64,000 nt of DNA from Macrostomum hystrix (lineage: Eukaryota; Animalia; Platyhelminthes), in contig CATNEN010000005.1 in assembly GCA_950097015.1 (NCBI GenBank), positions 62,001-126,000 of the forward strand, written 5' to 3'. This document shows positions 61,230-64,000 of the stretch, one piece after another. The notes beneath the pieces were generated by a model, which saw only the letters and a list, made by a program, of their open reading frames with translations, ran no database searches and had not been told where the DNA came from. The position numbers were made by a program, and so were the translations under genes. How positions within the stretch are numbered: position 1 is the stretch's first letter; the number at the start of each line of letters is the position of its first letter.

Positions 61230-62730
61230 TCACTCTAAGTCACTGTCACTCTCAGTCACTGTCACTCTCAGTCACTCTCAGTCACTCTCAGGGACTACCA
61301 GTCACTCTCAGTCACTCTCTGTCACTCTCAGGGACTACCAGTCACTCTCTGTCACTCTCAGTCACTCTCAGTCACTCTCAGTCACTCTCAGTCACTCTCA
61401 GGGACTACCAGTCACTCTCAGTCACTCTCTGTCACTCTCAGGGACTACCAGTCACTCTCTGTCACTCTCAGTCACTATCAGTCACTCTCAGTCACTCTCT
61501 GTCACTCTCAGGGACTACCAGTCACTATCAGTCACTCTCAGTCACTCTCTGTCACTCTCAGGGACTACCAGTCACTCTCAGTCACTCTCAGTCACTATCA
61601 GTCACTCTCAGTCACTCTCTGTCACTCTCAGGGACTACCAGTCACTCTCAGTCACTATCAGTCACTCTCAGTCACTCTCAGTCACTCTCTGTCACTCTCA
61701 GTCACTCTCAGGGACTACCAGTCACTCTCAGTCACTCTCAGTCACTCTCAGTCACTCTCAGGGACTATCAGTCACTCTCAGGGACTATCAGTCACTCTCA
61801 GTCACCCTCAGTCACTCTCAGTCACTCTCAGTCACTCTCAGGGACTACCAGTCACTCTCAGTCACTCTCAGTCACCCTCAGTCACTCTCAGTCACTCTCA
61901 GTCACTCTCAGGGACTACCAGTCACTCTCAGTCACTCTCAGTCACTCTCAGTCACTCTCAGGGACTATCAGTCTCTCTCAGGGACTATCAGTCACTCTCA
62001 GTCACTCTCAGTCACTCTCAGTCACCCTCAGTCACTCTCAGTCACTCTCAGTCACTCTCAGTCACCCTCAGTCACTCTCAGTCACTCTCAGTCACTCTCA
62101 GTCACCCTCAGTCACTCTCAGTCACTCTCAGTCACTCTCAGTCACCCTCAGTCACTCTCAGTCACTCTCAGTCACTCTCAGTCACCCTCAGTCACTCTCA
62201 GTCACTCTCAGTCACTCTCAGTCACTCTCAGTCACTCTCAGTCACTCTCAGTCACTCTCAGTCACTCTCAGTCACTCTCAGTCACTCTCAGTCACTCTCA
62301 GTCACTCTCAGTCACCCTCAGTCACTCTCAGTCACTCTCAGTCACTCTCAGTCACTCTCAGTCACTCTCAGTCACTCTCAGTCACTCTCAGTCACTCTCA
62401 GGGACTATCAGTCTCTCTCAGGGACTATCAGTCACTCTCAGTCACTCTCAGTCACTCTCAGTCACCCTCAGTCACTCTCAGTCACTCTCAGTCACTCTCA
62501 GTCACTCTCAGGGACTACCAGTCACTCTCAGTCACTCTCAGTCACTCTCAGTCACTATCAGTCACTCTCAGTCACTCTCAGTCACTCTCAGTCACTCTCA
62601 GGGACTACCAGTCACTCTCAGTCACTCTCAGTCACTCTCAGTCACTATCAGTCACTCTCAGTCACTCTCAGTCACTCTCAGGGACTATCAGTCACTCTCA
62701 GTCACTCGGACAATGTCAGTCACTTTCAGT
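61230..62730. repeat. 10-bp minisatellite
   Basis: GTCACTCTCA with GGGACTA(C/T)CA variant units. Confidence 0.97.
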
Positions 62731-62917
62731 TGAAGTCGTGTGGTTCTGAGTGCCAGCTAAAACAATCAAAAGTCTTGCAAAGATTTTGTCACTTCTAAGA
62801 ATGAAAAATAAACAAAATCAAAATAAATCTTGAAAATAATCCTATCAAAGCTTACCAAAAACACAGCTTAAAGAGCGCTTTCATTGAGTCATAGATTAGT
62901 GTTTGAGCTCGTCTGTT

Positions 62918-64000
62918 CTACCAGTCATTGGTCTGCCTTAGCGACTCGATAGTTGGCGAGTTCTCAGAATAGAATTGCGAGTACCAGCGCCTATGCTGCA
63001 CCATCAACGAGTCCTGGCTAGATTTGGCCAATACTGGCTTATCCTTGAACTCTTTGTTATTCCAGATCATGATGTCGCGTTCAAATTGAAATGCTTCGCC
63101 ATTCAAATAGATGGTGGCCACAATGTTAGGCACCCAGCATTGCATGTAGATACTGTGGTGTACACGAAGCAGCAGCGGCTCGACAGGGGTTACGCAATGC
63201 AGAAACACGCCCTTGCCGAATACACTGTCGAATTCCAGGTAGACAGCTGCTGGGCCAAGCTGTGAAAGAGAGTTGTTTGGTTCGGCTTCGCTTACTAAAT
63301 ATTTCAGGTCTTAATTCCTCATGGGATCTATAATGGGGATCAGGGATAATGGGGTCAATATCCCTTATAGGGATCAGGGATAATAGGGTCAAGATCCCTA
63401 ATGGGGATCAGGGATAACAGGGTCAATATCTCTGATGGGGATCGCGGATAACAAGGAGATAATCCCTAATTGGGTCAGTGAAACTGAGTCAAGATTTCTA
63501 AATGAGGATCAGGATTAACGTTGTCAAGATTTTTAATAGCTATTAAAAAGATCGTCATTGTCTGCAATAAGTCTACTCGCAGTAGGCTATGAGGACATGC
63601 TCCTAAATTGCTTGAATTCGCTTGTTGACATCCCGCGTCACATGGTTTGGATGATGCATGTCTCATATTTAGGTCATTTTCAACTGAATTTCGTAACCCA
63701 CGACAAAACAACTATTGCTAAAAATATCGTTTATTTATACTGATAGTCGTACCTAAATATAAATACATTTGTTCCCTTAGTTAGGTTAGGCTGTAGCCAA
63801 AGTTGTCAGTGCTTCAGTTTTCTAATCGAGAGGTAAGGTTTCTGCTTTCTGTACGTCTTTAGGCTATTTTCTTTTTAATCCCATTTAGAAAGAAAAACCC
63901 CATGTGTGATTTATTTCAAAGATTCCCAGATTCTCACCTGATTCGCTCTGACAGTCATTTCAACAAATTTGAGATTGTAGCCAAACAGAAATGTTTTCTC
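62918..64000 (-). CDS. nvd: Neverland/DAF-36 Rieske cholesterol 7-desaturase, 3' end; exons (>64000)-63938 and 63259-62918
   Basis: ...FLFGYNLKFVEMTVRANQ|LGPAAVYLEFDSVFGKGVFLHCVTPVEPLL...QFERDIMIWNNKEF...HRRWYSQFYSENSP matches the Nvd/DAF-36 C-terminus (QFERDxMIWNNK, RRWxSQFYSENS). Phase-0 GT-AG intron 63937-63260. Confidence 0.9.
63320..63480. repeat. ~34-bp degenerate intronic repeat (nvd last intron)
   Basis: TAATGGGGATCAGGGATAATGGGGTCAATATCCC, ~4-5 copies. Confidence 0.8.

Noticed and set aside
63475-63743. Short ORFs inside the nvd last intron
   Set aside because: The nvd exons 63938 and 63259 join directly in phase 0; the intervening ORFs have no recognisable motif.

Overview
Eukaryotic (metazoan) genomic DNA with spliceosomal introns. 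The Q/A-rich low-complexity exons, short branch-point acceptors and a different 10-48 bp minisatellite in many introns and intergenic gaps resemble a free-living flatworm such as Macrostomum; this is an inference, not verified. Eight protein-coding genes were reconstructed by hand. In window order they are: (1) the N-terminal exon of a myristoylated SH3 (Src-like) protein, (2) ATP synthase subunit f, (3) RBM25, (4) a GLI/Ci zinc-finger factor, (5) a TAF6/TAF6L-family protein, all on the minus strand; (6) a Prx1-type peroxiredoxin with a long C-terminal extension and (7) an unidentified ~1000-aa nine-exon protein on the plus strand; and (8) the 3' end of neverland/DAF-36 on the minus strand. 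Mobile DNA comprises a LINE RNase H fragment, a decayed Merlin-like transposase remnant and two tRNA-derived SINE families, one nested in the other. A ~23 kb stretch (19-42 kb) upstream of GLI is mostly serial minisatellites; the long repetitive ORFs there are artefacts. The most interesting observations are: minisatellite units that are complete 3' splice-site cassettes (one also a G-quadruplex motif); a GLI whose PKA phosphocluster and SUFU motif have degenerated; a peroxiredoxin lacking the resolving Cys; a TAF6-like exon with no usable ATG (possible spliced-leader AUG); a GC-AG intron in RBM25; AG|GT ratchet-like sites; and a foldback-like inverted minisatellite pair.
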